A DNA stretch of 64,000 nt, taken from NCBI RefSeq assembly GCF_964204645.1, contig NC_134029.1:17726950-17790949 (forward strand), given 5' to 3'. The notes below the pieces were generated by a model, which was not told the origin of the DNA, made no database searches, and saw only the letters and a list, made by a program, of their open reading frames with translations. Position 1 is the first letter of the stretch. Each line of letters starts with the position of its first letter. The DNA comes from Tubulanus polymorphus. Taxonomy: Eukaryota > Animalia > Nemertea. Shown in pieces: positions 24,359 to 37,165 of this stretch. Made by a program: the position numbers and the translations under genes.

Positions 24359-25191
24359 AAGTTCAACTGAACTTGAATGGCATTTAAGTCCTTCGTGAGA
24401 TACAAATGAACTGCATGATGTTTAAAGTGCTGTTTGGTAAAAAAAAATGATTTGGATTTGCCATTTAGGCATAAGACAATAACACTATTCAGACATTTAA
24501 GCCATATTCTCAAGCCTTACTAATCATGTTAATGTAAAAAAATGAAATGAATTGAATAAAAATGTACCTGAATTTGTATGACAAATTGAATGCTATCTTT
24601 TCAAAAGGCAAACTGTGAGCCGGGACATTCAGAGGTATATATTTCTTGAATTATCTTCTGTGTGATGAGTGATGCACCTTTTTTCTGGATTAAAAAACAT
24701 CTTGGCTTTCAGATATGTGACAGAACGTCAGCTTTGGGTTTTGAAATTTTGAATGCCACAATCGTTGCCCACCTTGTTGCATACAAAATATATCCTTTGC
24801 TCAAATTTCTCATTGCGGTCGGGCAGAGTGGAACCTTTTAAAAAGCGAACTTCATCAGGGTTAACTTCAGACTAGATTTAAATTCACCCCGTATAGGTTT
24901 TGGGTATGTGTTTACGTCTGATACGGCCATTCAGAGTTTTGGCCTAATAAGTTTGTCCTTGTTGTCATTTTGTTTGCCTGACATCGCTTCAGCCTTCATT
25001 CAAAACAGCCGTGGCAGCTCTGCGTAAGGCAGAATTTTCCAAGTGAAAAACGTGAATTTTGTGCAATTAATTGAAACCTTGGGAAAATGGAAACCAGAAA
25101 TCTTCGAAACCTTGAAGGGGTTGAATTGAGTATCGAACCTTTATCTAATGTACCTGGTACATGTACCGGTATATGGTTTAGTTGACTCCTG

Positions 25192-25329
25192 GAGCCAGTT
25201 GCACAGTCGTGACTTAAGTCCAAAAGTGGTCTTAAATCTTGAAACTGGTCTAAAGTTGTTAGATTGGCTATAGAACTAAGTTGGTCTTAGACTGGTCTTA
25301 AGTCTAAGCCATGACTATGCAAACGGCCC
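25192..25329. mobile_element. CWG-target mini-MITE
   Basis: GAGCCAGTTGCACAGTCGTGACTTA...CATGACTATGCAAACGGCCC, flanked by CTG/CAG. Sibling at 31035-31172. Confidence 0.7.
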
Positions 25330-25486
25330 CAGAGGTTAGAAGTCAAAACTGGTCGATAAATACAAACATACAATCAGATTTTTAAGATACTATGTTTGGT
25401 TATGTCCACAGAAAGAAATAAAGCCTAATTAAATTTTCTCATTTGGGCAAAAAAAATTTCCGTTTGTCATATAAATAGTATTTTTC

Positions 25487-26753
25487 GTTTTAGGCCCACT
25501 TGGGACTTAAATCCCAGCGGGCTATTGCGTTTACTTTTGTTTGTCCGTCCATCCATCCGTAGACGGAATCCAGTTATTTTGGGAAGTTTTGAAGACGCTT
25601 CAATGTAATGTCTTGATATTTGGGTTACACATGTCACACACCCTAGACACATCTTCGGCCCAAAAACTGGCCCTGTCGGAATCAAGATGGCCAACTGGCA
25701 GCCATTGTTGTTCTCCAAAATCAGCACTTTTTGCGCGTTTTTGAACTTTTGGAGGGAAATTTTGAAGACGCTTTGATCAATTACCTTGATCTTTCATATT
25801 TATTTGAATCTCCCCAGGGTCCATCAGCATAAGAAAACTTGGGTCATCGGACTCAAGATGGTCGTCCAATGACCTTATTAGGGCCCAAAAATGTCAATTT
25901 TGGCCCTAATTCTGAGTCCTGTAGCTTCCTACTGGTGCGTCATTTCTCATTTCAATTGCTGATGGGTATCTTGATGCTGATGGGTATATACCTGAGACAG
26001 GTATTTTTGATCGGCCAATTATCACACAATTGGTGGCCATCTTGGTGTCGTCAGTTCTCATTCGTAGGTGGGAAAAAGTTTTTCAAAATTATATTGATAC
26101 CTAAGCATATTTTGTTACCACAATGAATTAGAAAAGTGTAGCTTATAACGTGTTCTATGATTGTGATGAGTTTCAAGGTTATTGGTTTTTGTATATAGCC
26201 ACCAGGGGGCGTTGAATAATACAATATCTTAGTATTTCTATATTGTATTGGTACCAATGCATAATTTGTTACCACAATCAATTGCAAAGTTGTAGCTCAT
26301 GACATCGTCTTTGATTTTGGTGAGTTTTAAGGACATTAGTTATTCTATATGGTCACCAGGGGGTGCTGAATAGTATGATAAATTCGTATTTCCTTATTAT
26401 ATTGGTACCTAGGCATATCTTGTTACCATGATCAATTGCAAAGTTGTAGTTCATGACATGTTCTATGATTCTGGTGAGTTTCAAGGTCATTGGGTTTTGA
26501 ATATGGTCACCAGGGGGTGTTGAATAGTAGAATAACTTTATATTTCCATATTAAATTGGTAACGAGGCATATTTTATTATCACAATCAATTACAAAATGG
26601 TAGCTGCTGATGTATTCTATGATTGTGGTGAGTTTCAAGATCATTGGTTTTTGTATATGGTCACCAGGGGACGTTGAATATTGAAATTGTTAGATTATTG
26701 AGCATTTCAAACCACTTCCCAAGTGGGCATGGTGTCCCTGGACCCCAAGTTTT
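25487..26753 (+). mobile_element. Helentron-associated non-autonomous element (HINE/DINE-1-like) with an internal tandem array
   Basis: T-rich site, 5' subTIR GCCCACTTG, GTCC/ATCC microsatellite, 154-bp repeats, 3' subTIR CAAGTGGGC and terminal hairpin GGTGTCC-CT-GGACCCC. Confidence 0.75.
26092..26680 (+). repeat. Tandem repeat, ~154-bp unit, ~4 copies
   Basis: Units start TATTGGTACC at ~26092, 26246, 26400 and 26554. Each contains CACCAGGGG. Confidence 0.9.
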
Positions 26754-27836
26754 ATGATAGTTTCATTCTGTAAGACTGCGTCCAAGTTTAATGAGAGATT
26801 TCGAAACAGTTTAGAATGTTTAAGCATGAAGCTGACCTTTGATTATTTTCATGCTTTACGTTTTAATGAAAATTAACTCTGCGTTTATTCATATCTCAGA
26901 TAGACATATTTGCCGCAATAAAAGCTTTTATAACCACGTTACTCTTATATCGCTTTTAATGTGTTAACATTTTTTATCCATTAGCAATGCCAGGGGCCTT
27001 ACCCGGCAATTCGTTTTAGTGAAAGAATACCCATGTGGACGGCTGGATAATCTTAATCGAAATTTGTAGATTAACCTACCATTCCATGCACGGCTGAATC
27101 CAATGGCAGGGACTCAAAATGTGTGGATCTAATTTGAATATTAGGTATTTTTGTCTATTCGATACTCACTGGGAATGCCTTCTTTGACATGGTAATAATC
27201 AATGGAGAAACCCTTCCAAATAGCATGGCAATCAAGGGTGCCGCCTGTTTGGCTAAGGGTAACTCAGTCTCCCGCACTTAATTTCTTCCACATACCAATC
27301 GAAATCTAAGAAACTTTTTTCAAAATGAAAGCTCTACCAAAAACAGAGTAGAAGAATCAATCTACCCGGTAACCGCTATATATTTCATAAGGTGGTATGC
27401 GTGATAGTGTATTCGGTAGCCTAGAAATCTAGTTCAAAATTTATTGCAAATGAACCAATTTGGACAATGTAAATCAGTGCTCCCTGAGTTTAGGAGTTTA
27501 GTCTACTCTTCAGTGGGGACAATCATAGATCACCGCTGAATAGGCAATGTAATGTGCGATTTTTTACCAAATTATCTAATATCAAAATTTTTCCCAGAAA
27601 AATAACTATTCATATCATATCAGTAGAGGAAATAGTTTCGAGTCCCTGCTATAAGAGAAGATGGTATATTGCATTATGCTTGCATTTCTGATATTCTAAG
27701 CTAAGCTTGAAAGATACATATGGGCATTAGATATTAATGAATTAGGCTAATAAATGAATTTGTGTTTCAATGTTTCCCGATTTGTTTCTAATTTGTTTTA
27801 AAGCGAATTCATTTCTAATTTTGAACAATTTTTTAG

Positions 27837-28001
27837 ATTGAAGAAGAGGGCTCGAAGACGATTGTATTCTTCAAAGTTCGGCCTGAAGTGATTACACCTG
27901 ATAATATACATCGTAATGTATTTGTATCTACGATGTTGGATTCTCCAATTAGTTCTCTGTATCACGCCGTTCAGAAGGTCTTCGCTCCTGTCCTTCTCGA
28001 G
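27837..28001 (+). CDS. DYNC2H1: DYNC2H1 exon 2
   Basis: IEEEG...FFKVRPEVIT...VFAPVLLE, bounded by AG/GT. Confidence 0.93.
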
Positions 28002-28075
28002 GTAAGTGTTGAATGCAGTGCTCGAATGCTCCAAGCTCGTTTCCACCATTCCAAGAATTGCAATTTCAATACCAG

Positions 28076-28196
28076 GGACCAGTTGCTCAAAGGTTGGTTA
28101 AAGATATGGGGTGGATAAATACCATAGCAACAATGGACTATCCACCATTTCAACTATCCACTGGTTAGCATTAACCAACTTTTGAGCAACTAGCCC
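28076..28196. mobile_element. CWG-target mini-MITE
   Basis: GGACCAGTTGCTCAAAGGTTGGTTAA / TTAACCAACTTTTGAGCAACTAGCCC with exact CAG TSD. Confidence 0.8.
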
Positions 28197-28493
28197 CAGA
28201 GATTTTTGAAAATATAGATGCTGTAGTCTGAGAGTAGTTTGAAAGTTGTAGTATTTTTCATCGCAAAATAATATATTTGGTTGGTCAGCAAAACGAATGA
28301 GTTATGATTTGCGATGAAACTTGCGTCGCGGTGTATTAGTGAAACATGCACTATTTGTAGTTCGAACCCCTGATATCCAAAAAGCTGCAATAATTAGATG
28401 AAATATCTAAATAGTTCATAAATCGTTGTCAGTTAATGATAGATTTTACTTTTTTAAGACGTTTTAAATGTGTCTACTTTTTCGGTATTTCAG

Positions 28494-28635
28494 GATGAAA
28501 AATGGAGTAAGAACTTTGACCCAAAACTGCAAAGTTTACTGAGCGAATTGGAAGCTGGACTTGGAAGTGTTATTCGTAAACAAGATTCTTCGCAGTGTGG
28601 CAAAACTCCTGAAGGAGGAGATAATAATGTTGGAG
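28494..28635 (+). CDS. DYNC2H1: DYNC2H1 exon 3
   Basis: DEKWSKNFDPKLQSLLSELEAGLG... Confidence 0.93.
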
Positions 28636-29251
28636 GTACCATAACTCAGAAATATTTGCCCTAGATTGAGTTCTGAAGTTGCAACTGTAATAGTATTGCC
28701 ACTATTGTGTGTGTGACAATAGAGCACAAATAAATCCTTTAAAGAAACAGATCACGATAGATTGTACACTAACAAAAGTTAGTAATCACTTGCCTCGGTT
28801 TTATTCACACCGGAGAGAGAGCTTCTTCCGGTCTCCACAGTTACACTATATTGAGGTACACGGACTCGAACACTAAACGATGGAACCGGACTATGATAAA
28901 CTCGGCCCATCACACCACCCCTCCCCTTAAATTGTCGAGGCCGCGCACCGACATAATAACTGACAGATTAAAGTTTGTTCCACAAACACAGTTTTCACGT
29001 TCTTCGTTTCACAAGCACAGTAACCAAGCGAGATATAGCGTGATACTGGTTAAACCTGCTCATACCAGTAGTTGTTGGTATTATTATTATTATCCCTAGC
29101 CTATATCTCCTACTGTGCATCAGTAATCTCTCCCTAGGGCAATGAGTCAACTATCAGGCTTCTAATTGTCAGGCTTCTAAGTGTTCCCGGATGGCAATGA
29201 GGATAATTGTCTTGCAGTTTACGATTGTAATAGCAATATCTTTCTTTATAG

Positions 29252-29518
29252 GTATCTTGACTCCGAATGATGAGTTTCAATATTGGGCTGAAGTTGCTAT
29301 ATCCGGCAACAAATTAGACATCAAAGAACGTGCTCAACATTTCCAAGATCTTTATCAACCAATTGCGAAAGATTTCGGTAGCCTCGATGCGTTGTCTTTG
29401 TTGGAAGTCAGTGAATTGGTTGAACAATGCCAGGATGTATTAGACGATATCTGGAAACAAACCGAACAAGAACCGCCATATCCTGAAAAACGGATGCAAC
29501 ATCTCATGGATGTGCTGG
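29252..29518 (+). CDS. DYNC2H1: DYNC2H1 exon 4
   Basis: ILTPNDEFQYW...PPYPEKRMQHLMDVL. Confidence 0.93.
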
Positions 29519-29602
29519 GTACGTACACTGCTGATCAAGTTTTATAGATTTCAGTTTATAAATTCAGTAGCAAAATACCCGTGGTATATGGCAAAAAGCT
29601 GC

Positions 29603-29886
29603 AATGATCACTGCTGTCTAGCAGTCTTCCTGAGCCTTATGATCTCTGCTGTTTAGCAGTCTTCTTGACCCTAATGATCACTGCTGTCTAGCAGTCTTCC
29701 TGAGCCTTATGGTCACTGCTGTTTAGCAGTCTTCCTGACCCTAATGATCACTGCTGTTTAGCAGTCTTTGTGACCTTAATGATTACTGCTGGTTTGCGGT
29801 CTTCCTGATGCTTATGATCACTGCTGTTTAGCAGCCTTCCTGACCCTTATGGACACTGCTGTTTATCAGCTTCTTTGACCCTAATG
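29603..29886. repeat. 35-bp minisatellite, 8 copies
   Basis: Head-to-tail unit WATGATCACTGCTGTYTAGCAGTCTTCCTGASCCT. Confidence 0.95.
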
Positions 29887-30437
29887 CATTATTCACACTC
29901 CGCTGCCATTAGCGGAAGTGTGTAATAATAAGTTATCACACGGCAGTAGTCTGACTGCCAGACTGGCACTTTTGTGTGAAGCATATATTGGCAGCGGGTC
30001 ATTCAGTTGGCCATTTCAATGGTCAAAATAAGATATGGAAATAAGATATTACAGTTAATCCCAGAATCAAGTTTTCACTTGTTAATTTTCAAATTGGGTT
30101 GGTCAGGTTACAGCAAGCAGACGATTATTTTGGGTTTGGCCTCATGGCAATAAATCACAAAATGTTATTGTAATGATTAGTTGTGTGATTCATTAATCTC
30201 ATTCTCATTTGCATTGTGTCAAAATCTGTTACATTTTACTTGCAAAGGATTATGATTTGAATAGGGAACTTAATATCTGTTTTATAAGTCCTTTCTTGAA
30301 GATTTTTATGCTGGCTATGCAGCTCAAGATTTAATCTCCAAATTTATATGTCTTAGCCCTAGGTTTTGTTTTACTCTACTTAAACTTAACGCTGAATTTA
30401 TTGTCCTCCAAAGATTTATGTCTATTTTGCATTTTAG

Positions 30438-30670
30438 GCGGATCATTTTGCCGTTACATTCAACGTAAGTTGTCTGCTGAAGATTTGTGGAAAGGCCAGT
30501 TTAGTAAAGTACGAGATGCTTTGCGTGCATCACACACAATCTGCGACCGATGGATGACGTCTTGTGAGACCTTGACCACGCAGTTTTGGAAGAGATATGG
30601 ACCACATGCCTGGAAAGGGGATAAATTTGTTCCAGAGACTGTTATCCAGCTTGGTACACGTTTAGAAGAG
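30438..30670 (+). CDS. DYNC2H1: DYNC2H1 exon 5
   Basis: GSFCRYIQRKL...LGTRLEE. Confidence 0.93.
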
Positions 30671-31034
30671 GTAAGAAAGCAACTCGCATTTCTTCACAAA
30701 TTAGCTTAAAATTGGGGGCTATTTTTGTCTTAATCATGGTTGTTTGGTGAGTAGCTTGTGTGTCAAACAATTTCAATATTTGTGAAAATGGAATCCAAGA
30801 TGGCCTATTGGTTTCTGAAAATGTACATTTGAGCAATATCTATCTTATTTACCTTATGTTTTTCCCTTAAACTTCATATAATCTGCTGTGATTAGCTGAT
30901 AGAATTATGTTTTGAAGTCATTACATTCGCGAAATGAATATTCTCGGCTATGGCTAAGAAGTAATTCCATTCAGTGACTTCTGAAATTTGATTTAAGTTA
31001 AACAATTGATTTGTCTGCCTCATCAAATCATGTT

Positions 31035-31172
31035 GGCCCAGTTACACAGTCATGACTTAGATTTGGGACCAGTCTTAGACCATCTTAGTTCTATAGCCAA
31101 TCTTACAACTTGAGACCAGTCTTAAGATTTAACACCACTTTAGGACTTAAGTCACGATTATGCAACTGGCCC
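31035..31172. mobile_element. CWG-target mini-MITE
   Basis: GGCCCAGTTACACAGTCATGACTTAG...GATTATGCAACTGGCCC followed by CTG. Inverted relative of 25192-25329. Confidence 0.7.
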
Positions 31173-31416
31173 CTGATGTTATCCAAGATGGCCAGCAGGC
31201 AGCCATATCAGAAATCAGAAATGAATCATTTGCATGCAACTATCATATATTATGAGAAATATAAGCAGCAGCTTTAACTCGATGGTTGAACTTATCATCC
31301 TCAAATAACCCCATCCCTGATATTCTGCCTAAGGTGATGGCTGAGATGTATGCATAGTCTTTGTCATCACAGAGATTTTGTTGATATTTTCAATGAGATT
31401 GAATGAAACTTTTCAG

Positions 31417-31665
31417 ATTCTTACTCTGAGAACAGTGCACGAACAGCTGTTGAAGTTATTGTCTCATCAAGAAGGCCAGGAATTGCGCATATCGGAGGCA
31501 TTTATGCCGTTTAACGGCCTGAATCCATTGCAGTATAATCCTTATACTCAACCGCTATGGAGGGCCGCAGTCGGACAGTATGAGAAAGGCATGTCATTAG
31601 CTGAACAAAGAATAGCTGTGAAACTGAGGACACAATTCCGAGGACTGGATGCTAATTCACACCAA
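31417..31665 (+). CDS. DYNC2H1: DYNC2H1 exon 6
   Basis: ILTLRTVHEQL...LQYNPYTQPLW...DANSHQ. Confidence 0.93.
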
Positions 31666-31870
31666 GTAATACAATTTGATTCATACCTTACATTAAATTA
31701 ATCACCTTTAGGAGCTCTACCCCTTGATGGTCTTCTGGTTTCTCCCTTTCATATATAATCATATATGTAATCAATGGTAAACCATCACTGGGGCCATCCC
31801 AATGAGAAATTCCTTGTTTTCTCACATGGTAAATCCATATGTCGGCGGTGACCATATTTTGTATTTTTAG

Positions 31871-31944
31871 TTGTTGAGAGAATTTCAAAGATACAAGGAA
31901 CTGATTCAGAGACCAAGCATTAGTAAAGAGCTCATGTCTGAAAG
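31871..31944 (+). CDS. DYNC2H1: DYNC2H1 exon 7
   Basis: LLREFQRYKELIQRPSISKELMSER. Confidence 0.9.
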
Positions 31945-32386
31945 GTATTACAAATCAACATTCTGGAGATAAATGATTGTTTACGTTATGTGAACTCTGC
32001 CTACAAAACACGTACTGGAACAGTTGACTGATGAGTGTGATAGCAAAGTTATTGCACTTCTGTTAGTTTCATGCCTATTAAGCAGGCAATCATCCAGTCA
32101 CTAAATTTAGGAAACACAGCATGTGGAGGCTTTGCAAGAAACGTGGAAATCACAAAGATACGGCATATTTCTGTAAAACCTGCAAAATACCCTTCTACAC
32201 TGGTGATTGCTACAAACTATCACTCCAAAAATAAATACTACCAATTTGACCTGAAAAAAAAAGTCTAGATTAACAAAATAAAACCAACTTGGTGGAAATA
32301 TCTCTTCTAGATTTGATTTTATGAATTTCTGAAAAACATAGAAGTCCTGGCAAAGCGCGGTATTTCCTGAAAATAGGTGTGGCAGG

Positions 32387-33995
32387 CAATGTTCTCGCTG
32401 AGGGGTTTTCGCATGGCCGCCCGCCATGCTACGGCACTTTTACTTTACCGCCACGCAAATAAAAGATACGCCATGCTTAAAAAAATTCTGCATGCTTAAA
32501 AAAATGATCCGGAGTTTATTTACTTATCCGGCTTTCTTAGACTGTCAGGTTCACACGCTCAATTTTATTGCTGGTGCATCAATGATTGTATAAACACATT
32601 CTCATAGTTACTTAGTAAAGCCCCTATACGTCAATACTTGTATAGTTTTGCGGAGCGGAGCGCTACTGAACTGCCGTGGTAGGGCCTATAAATATCCAGA
32701 GATTTCCCCGTGCGTTAAAAATAAAAGAAAATAATGCCAATAAAGGTCACACCACTGCGCCACACCACACCACTTTCTCTAAGCTGTTAATGATAAAATT
32801 AAATTATATTAATGGATATGAGAACATGGAACTGTTTAATGCACGTAAGCCTACCAATATACGGCAGAAAAGTGCCTCGAAGTAACTACCGACGATCGCT
32901 GCTACATGAAAATTATCGAATTTAAACTAGTCAATTATGGCCCCAAATGCTGGGAAAAAGTATCTAAGCACCTATGAATATAAAGTTTTTCCGGGGCAGG
33001 GGCGGATCCAGGGGGATGGGTGGACAGTATTGGAAGGAAATTTAAGGGCACCTTTCTGATCTTAGGGCACACCCAGTATGTCAATGCGAGAGCCGAAAAC
33101 TTTGAAAATATGGTACCATTTAAAGGCTTTTAGAGGGCTTCTAGAGGCTAGCAGAGCAATCCAGAGTAAACGAATCCGAGACAAGATTTCAACAGATGCG
33201 GATAAAAAATGAAGCTGGCGAACCCATGAAAGAATGGTTGTCGCCAACTTCAAGATCAACAATGAATTTCACAGAAGACACCCACTGGCATTTTTTTTAT
33301 ATTTTCCCTAGTGCCCATATAATCTTTAAAAGTGCCCCTTAACAATTATACAGAATACGGCTAAGTGCCCCTTCATTGTTAACAATCGGCAAAAATTGCC
33401 TCGTCTTCACATTTATCCGTATGTCGCGTGCCGTATTCCAAACCAAAAATGCCCCTAAAATTTTAAAAATTAGGCAAAAAAGTGCCTTTTTCTTCAGCAT
33501 TCACCGCGAATTAAAGCCTGAGCGTGCCCCTTGAAAAGGCAAAGTGCCCTTTTCTTCAACATTTTCCGCGTATAGTGCCCTCTTCTAAAGTACGAGTGCC
33601 CCTTAAGCCCTCCCTGAAAAGGCAAGGACAAGGTGCCCTCATCTAAAGCATGAGTGCCCCCTGAAAAAGGAAAAACCCTTTTTAATTTATCATGATTAAA
33701 GGCCTAATATCAAATATCATTATCTCTCCTCACTTTCTCGGCAGCAGTATTTACCGATTAATTTTATAATTATGCCTGGATTCCGGACACGGAATTAGCG
33801 GTTGCTGAAATGATGCCGTCAAAAATATTGCCGGTGAAATTTCGAAGGGCACTTAAAAATTATAGACCGTGTTGGGCAATACGGCTAATACGGTCTGGAT
33901 CGGCCACTGCGGGGGAGTGCCCCCATTCCTGATATGGGCTCGCGCCTTAGGCGCTCGTGCCGCCAGGCTCTAATTGCGAACCAGCGAGAACACTG
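32387..33995. mobile_element. hAT-like non-autonomous element with a nested second element
   Basis: TIRs CAATGTTCTCGCTG / CAGCGAGAACACTG with 6-bp TSD GGCAGG. Confidence 0.7.
32997..33909. mobile_element. Nested hAT-like MITE with AGTGCCC motif arrays
   Basis: TIRs CAGGGGCGGATCCAG / CTGGATCGGCCACTG, with CGGGG on both sides. Confidence 0.7.
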
Positions 33996-34392
33996 GGCAG
34001 GGAATGAGCTTATAAGTTGAATATCATAACTAGGAATTAAATCAATGAAATTCGGATGGTTATTCGAGGAATGTCATTGAATATCTGGGGCGGACAATAT
34101 ATGAAGATATGACAAAAAATAAAAGATGGATCAGTATTGGGAGCAAATTGATCTGCATTAAGCAGGTTAATCCGCCTTTCCATAGTTTATCACTATTAGT
34201 TATCACGACAGGTAAAGATTATCTCTAGAGCATACAAATAATACTGAACTAAAATATTCCCATGTACATGTTGAGTAGCATGTGATGTGTGAAAAAATTT
34301 AGGGCGACACAGAGAAAGTGGTTGTGAAGTTGATATTTCAAGTGATGTTCATTGCGCTGAGCGCTCAGATGTGTTTTTCTTCTGTTATGTAG

Positions 34393-34552
34393 GGAGACAT
34401 TATTAGGTCAGTTGACTGTATATATCCGGTCTATACGAGATGACTTCTTACAACGAACCGGTCACACTGCTGGTAGCAAAAAACCACCAAAGGGTAAAAA
34501 TCTTCCCGAAGTTGTCAATAACATTGTTTGGGTTCGGCAACTAGAAGCAAAG
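34393..34552 (+). CDS. DYNC2H1: DYNC2H1 exon 8
   Basis: ETLLGQL...GKNLPEVVNNIVWVRQLEAK. Confidence 0.92.
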
Positions 34553-34749
34553 GTGAGATACAGTAAGAGTATAACTTAAGGTCTTAGTATTTAGAAGACA
34601 GCTTTATAGTTGATTTTAATTGGGATTCTGTTGAAAGAAAGTTGTCCTTTCCATGTCAAGGGATAGATTTGATAAACCACAATTGATTCCAATTTAACAT
34701 TAACCCCCAACTTTGGTGTATATCTTAAGCATACATTATAATTGACTAG

Positions 34750-34925
34750 GTGAATGAGACGTCGAAGACCGCTGAATCAATGCTCGGAGATCTATCCGGT
34801 TTCCGTAACTTTCAACATGACGTTAAAGATTTGAAAGATGAACTTCAGACATGGAGGCGAGATCAATTCGATGACTGGTCACGTGATATCATTCAACAAA
34901 TTGACGATCCTCATAACCCTCTTGG
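34750..34925 (+). CDS. DYNC2H1: DYNC2H1 exon 9
   Basis: VNETSKTAE...QFDDWSRD... Confidence 0.92.
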
Positions 34926-35034
34926 GTGGGTAATTCTTTATAATTCATTAAATATTTACGTGTGCCTGTACTGTGAATTGTGTGGTTTGTGCATTTGATT
35001 ATGTTGTAATGTGTTTAGTATTTATCTTCTGAAG

Positions 35035-35230
35035 CCTGGAAACGAAAGGACGTTTGATGGATTTGAATCATGCCGATGGTAAACTGCGCGTTAACTATGG
35101 AGATCGACTGGTGACGTTATTACGCGAAGTACGACAGCTTCGGTCTATGAGTTACTCTATACCGGCTAAAATTCAGCATACTGCTTCTGTAGCTCAGAAA
35201 TTCTATCGTCATGGCGTCATTCTGAAACAG
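35035..35230 (+). CDS. DYNC2H1: DYNC2H1 exon 10
   Basis: LETKGRLM...YGDRLVTLLREVRQL...ILKQ. Confidence 0.93.
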
Positions 35231-35493
35231 GTGAAAGTCATATAAAAACTGGCACATGTACATTCAAAATATCCAGATAGCTATTTCTTCTTTTGTTTAT
35301 CTTGAAAACATGAAATACATGGGTCATGGTGATAATTTGTTATAGTTAATTTATTGAATACCACAATGAATATATTAAGCTCACTCAATTTCAGCAGATT
35401 TGAAAAGTGAAATATTTTTTGTTCTTGCGTTATTAATGTATTTCTTTAGTCTAACTTGGGGTAGGTATTTATGACTGTAATTACATTATGTAG

Positions 35494-35602
35494 GTCGCTC
35501 ATTTTTACAACACGATCGATCAACAAATGATACCCAGTCAACAGGCTATGATGTTAGACTCTGCTCTGGCTTTTGAAAGACTTGTGAAAAATCCAAAAAC
35601 AG
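35494..35602 (+). CDS. DYNC2H1: DYNC2H1 exon 11
   Basis: VAHFYNTIDQQMIPSQQAMMLDSALAFE. Confidence 0.93.
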
Positions 35603-35724
35603 GTAATAAAAACCTCCTAAGCTCTTTGAGTACCTCAGCGGGCTATTGCATACACTTTTTCATCCGTCTGTCCGTCTGTCCACAAGTTAGGTTTTAGATA
35701 ATGTGATTCCGCTTTGTGTTCTAG

Positions 35725-35873
35725 GTACGAAATCGAAGGGTGATGATGTACAAGTGACCTGGGATGAACCAGAGGAATTAGAAACTTACATTGGTAAACT
35801 TCAATCTGCTGCTGATCGGTTGACATCTGAAAACAGACGTCTCAGAAAATGTCACTTCATTATATCTGAAAAG
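35725..35873 (+). CDS. DYNC2H1: DYNC2H1 exon 12
   Basis: QVTWDEPEELE...ENRRLRKCH. Confidence 0.93.
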
Positions 35874-35946
35874 GTAAAATTATAATACGCTCTCACAATG
35901 CTGAATTTCAGTGCTGTATGCTAATCTATTTTTATATTCTATCAAG

Positions 35947-36045
35947 GTAACCAGTCTGATGGGAATTGACTTGTTGCGAAATCAGCAAAAGTGGAAAGAT
36001 GGATTGATGGAAATTCGACATTTGATGGCCAACCTTGTTACTCAG
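35947..36045 (+). CDS. DYNC2H1: DYNC2H1 exon 13
   Basis: VTSLMGIDLLRNQQKWKDGL. Confidence 0.92.
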
Positions 36046-36877
36046 GTACTTAATTAGGGCCCCCACTATAGTGATCGCCTTGTCTGTTTATCCATCTGTG
36101 CATCCGTCCTTTTTTGATGATTACATAATGTATGTTGGATCTTTACATTTTTTAGTATAGTACATAAAGCCGGGAACACTCAGAAGGAATACGACATCTT
36201 GCTTGTTGCTTTCTTCTGCAATTTCTATCCCCATCGGGCAGTTCCATTCCAATATTGATAGGCTATTTAGAAGAAGTCAAGACCTAAAGCTAGAATACAG
36301 GTCTTAAAGACTGGTCGTAAGAAGTTTTATGAAGCAGAAAAAACGTTATTCGAAAAATCGGGTCTCCCAGTCATTAGGGCCCATAGATCGGTTGGGAATG
36401 GAAGAGACGGTCATGTCGCATTGTAGAAAGTAGAATAGATGCGTTGCGACTTGCATGACTGGCAGTTGCAGCCTGTTGCTGACACTCACAAGGGTGCGTA
36501 GGTCGATGAGTTGCGCAGTGAATCGCATCGCAGTGAGTTGCATGCCGCTAAAATGTCGACCTATTCTTGTCTACTTTAATGTACTCTACATGTCGAAATT
36601 TCTTGTGGGCATTAACAAATCTCATAAAAAAATTGCAATTACCACCCGTTCTGGTGGTCTTTCCACTGTTTGAATAGTAACATGAAAAAACAACAACCAA
36701 TTGATGATTAAGTTGTTAATTTCTTTGAGTGTTACCCACCAGCCTATGAAACCAGCCTTTTATATCAACAAAACTGTATGGAGATGTAATCTCTATATTA
36801 TTTCTCTGAAATATTTTTTCAAACTTCTGCTGTACCATAATTTAATTTTTTGTGGTTATTATCTCAAATTTTATTAG

Positions 36878-37017
36878 GGTTTTTCTGCTGCTAACATGAA
36901 GTCTTGGAAAGCTCACTGGGACAGACAACTGTATAAAGCGTTAGAACATCAGTATCAGATGGGACTCGAAGGTTTGAATGAGAATTTACCTGAAATCAAA
37001 GTAGAGCTTACTTACAG
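36878..37017 (+). CDS. DYNC2H1: DYNC2H1 exon 14
   Basis: WKAHWDRQLYKALEHQYQMGLE. Confidence 0.93.
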
Positions 37018-37165
37018 GTAAAGAGTAATCTTAATAATAAAAAAGTTTCTTAAGCACTAAAGCGTTAGAAACTATGAACTTATCCTGTCTGGTCGGTTTT
37101 AGAAATATATATTTTTCTGCCCTCCAGCCCGGTTGGTAGGTCAGCAAATAATAGCGATGCTAAAC

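Noticed and set aside
29603-29886. 35-bp palindromic repeats resembling a CRISPR array
   Set aside because: Units are head-to-tail with no unique spacers, there are no cas genes, and the array lies in a spliceosomal intron.
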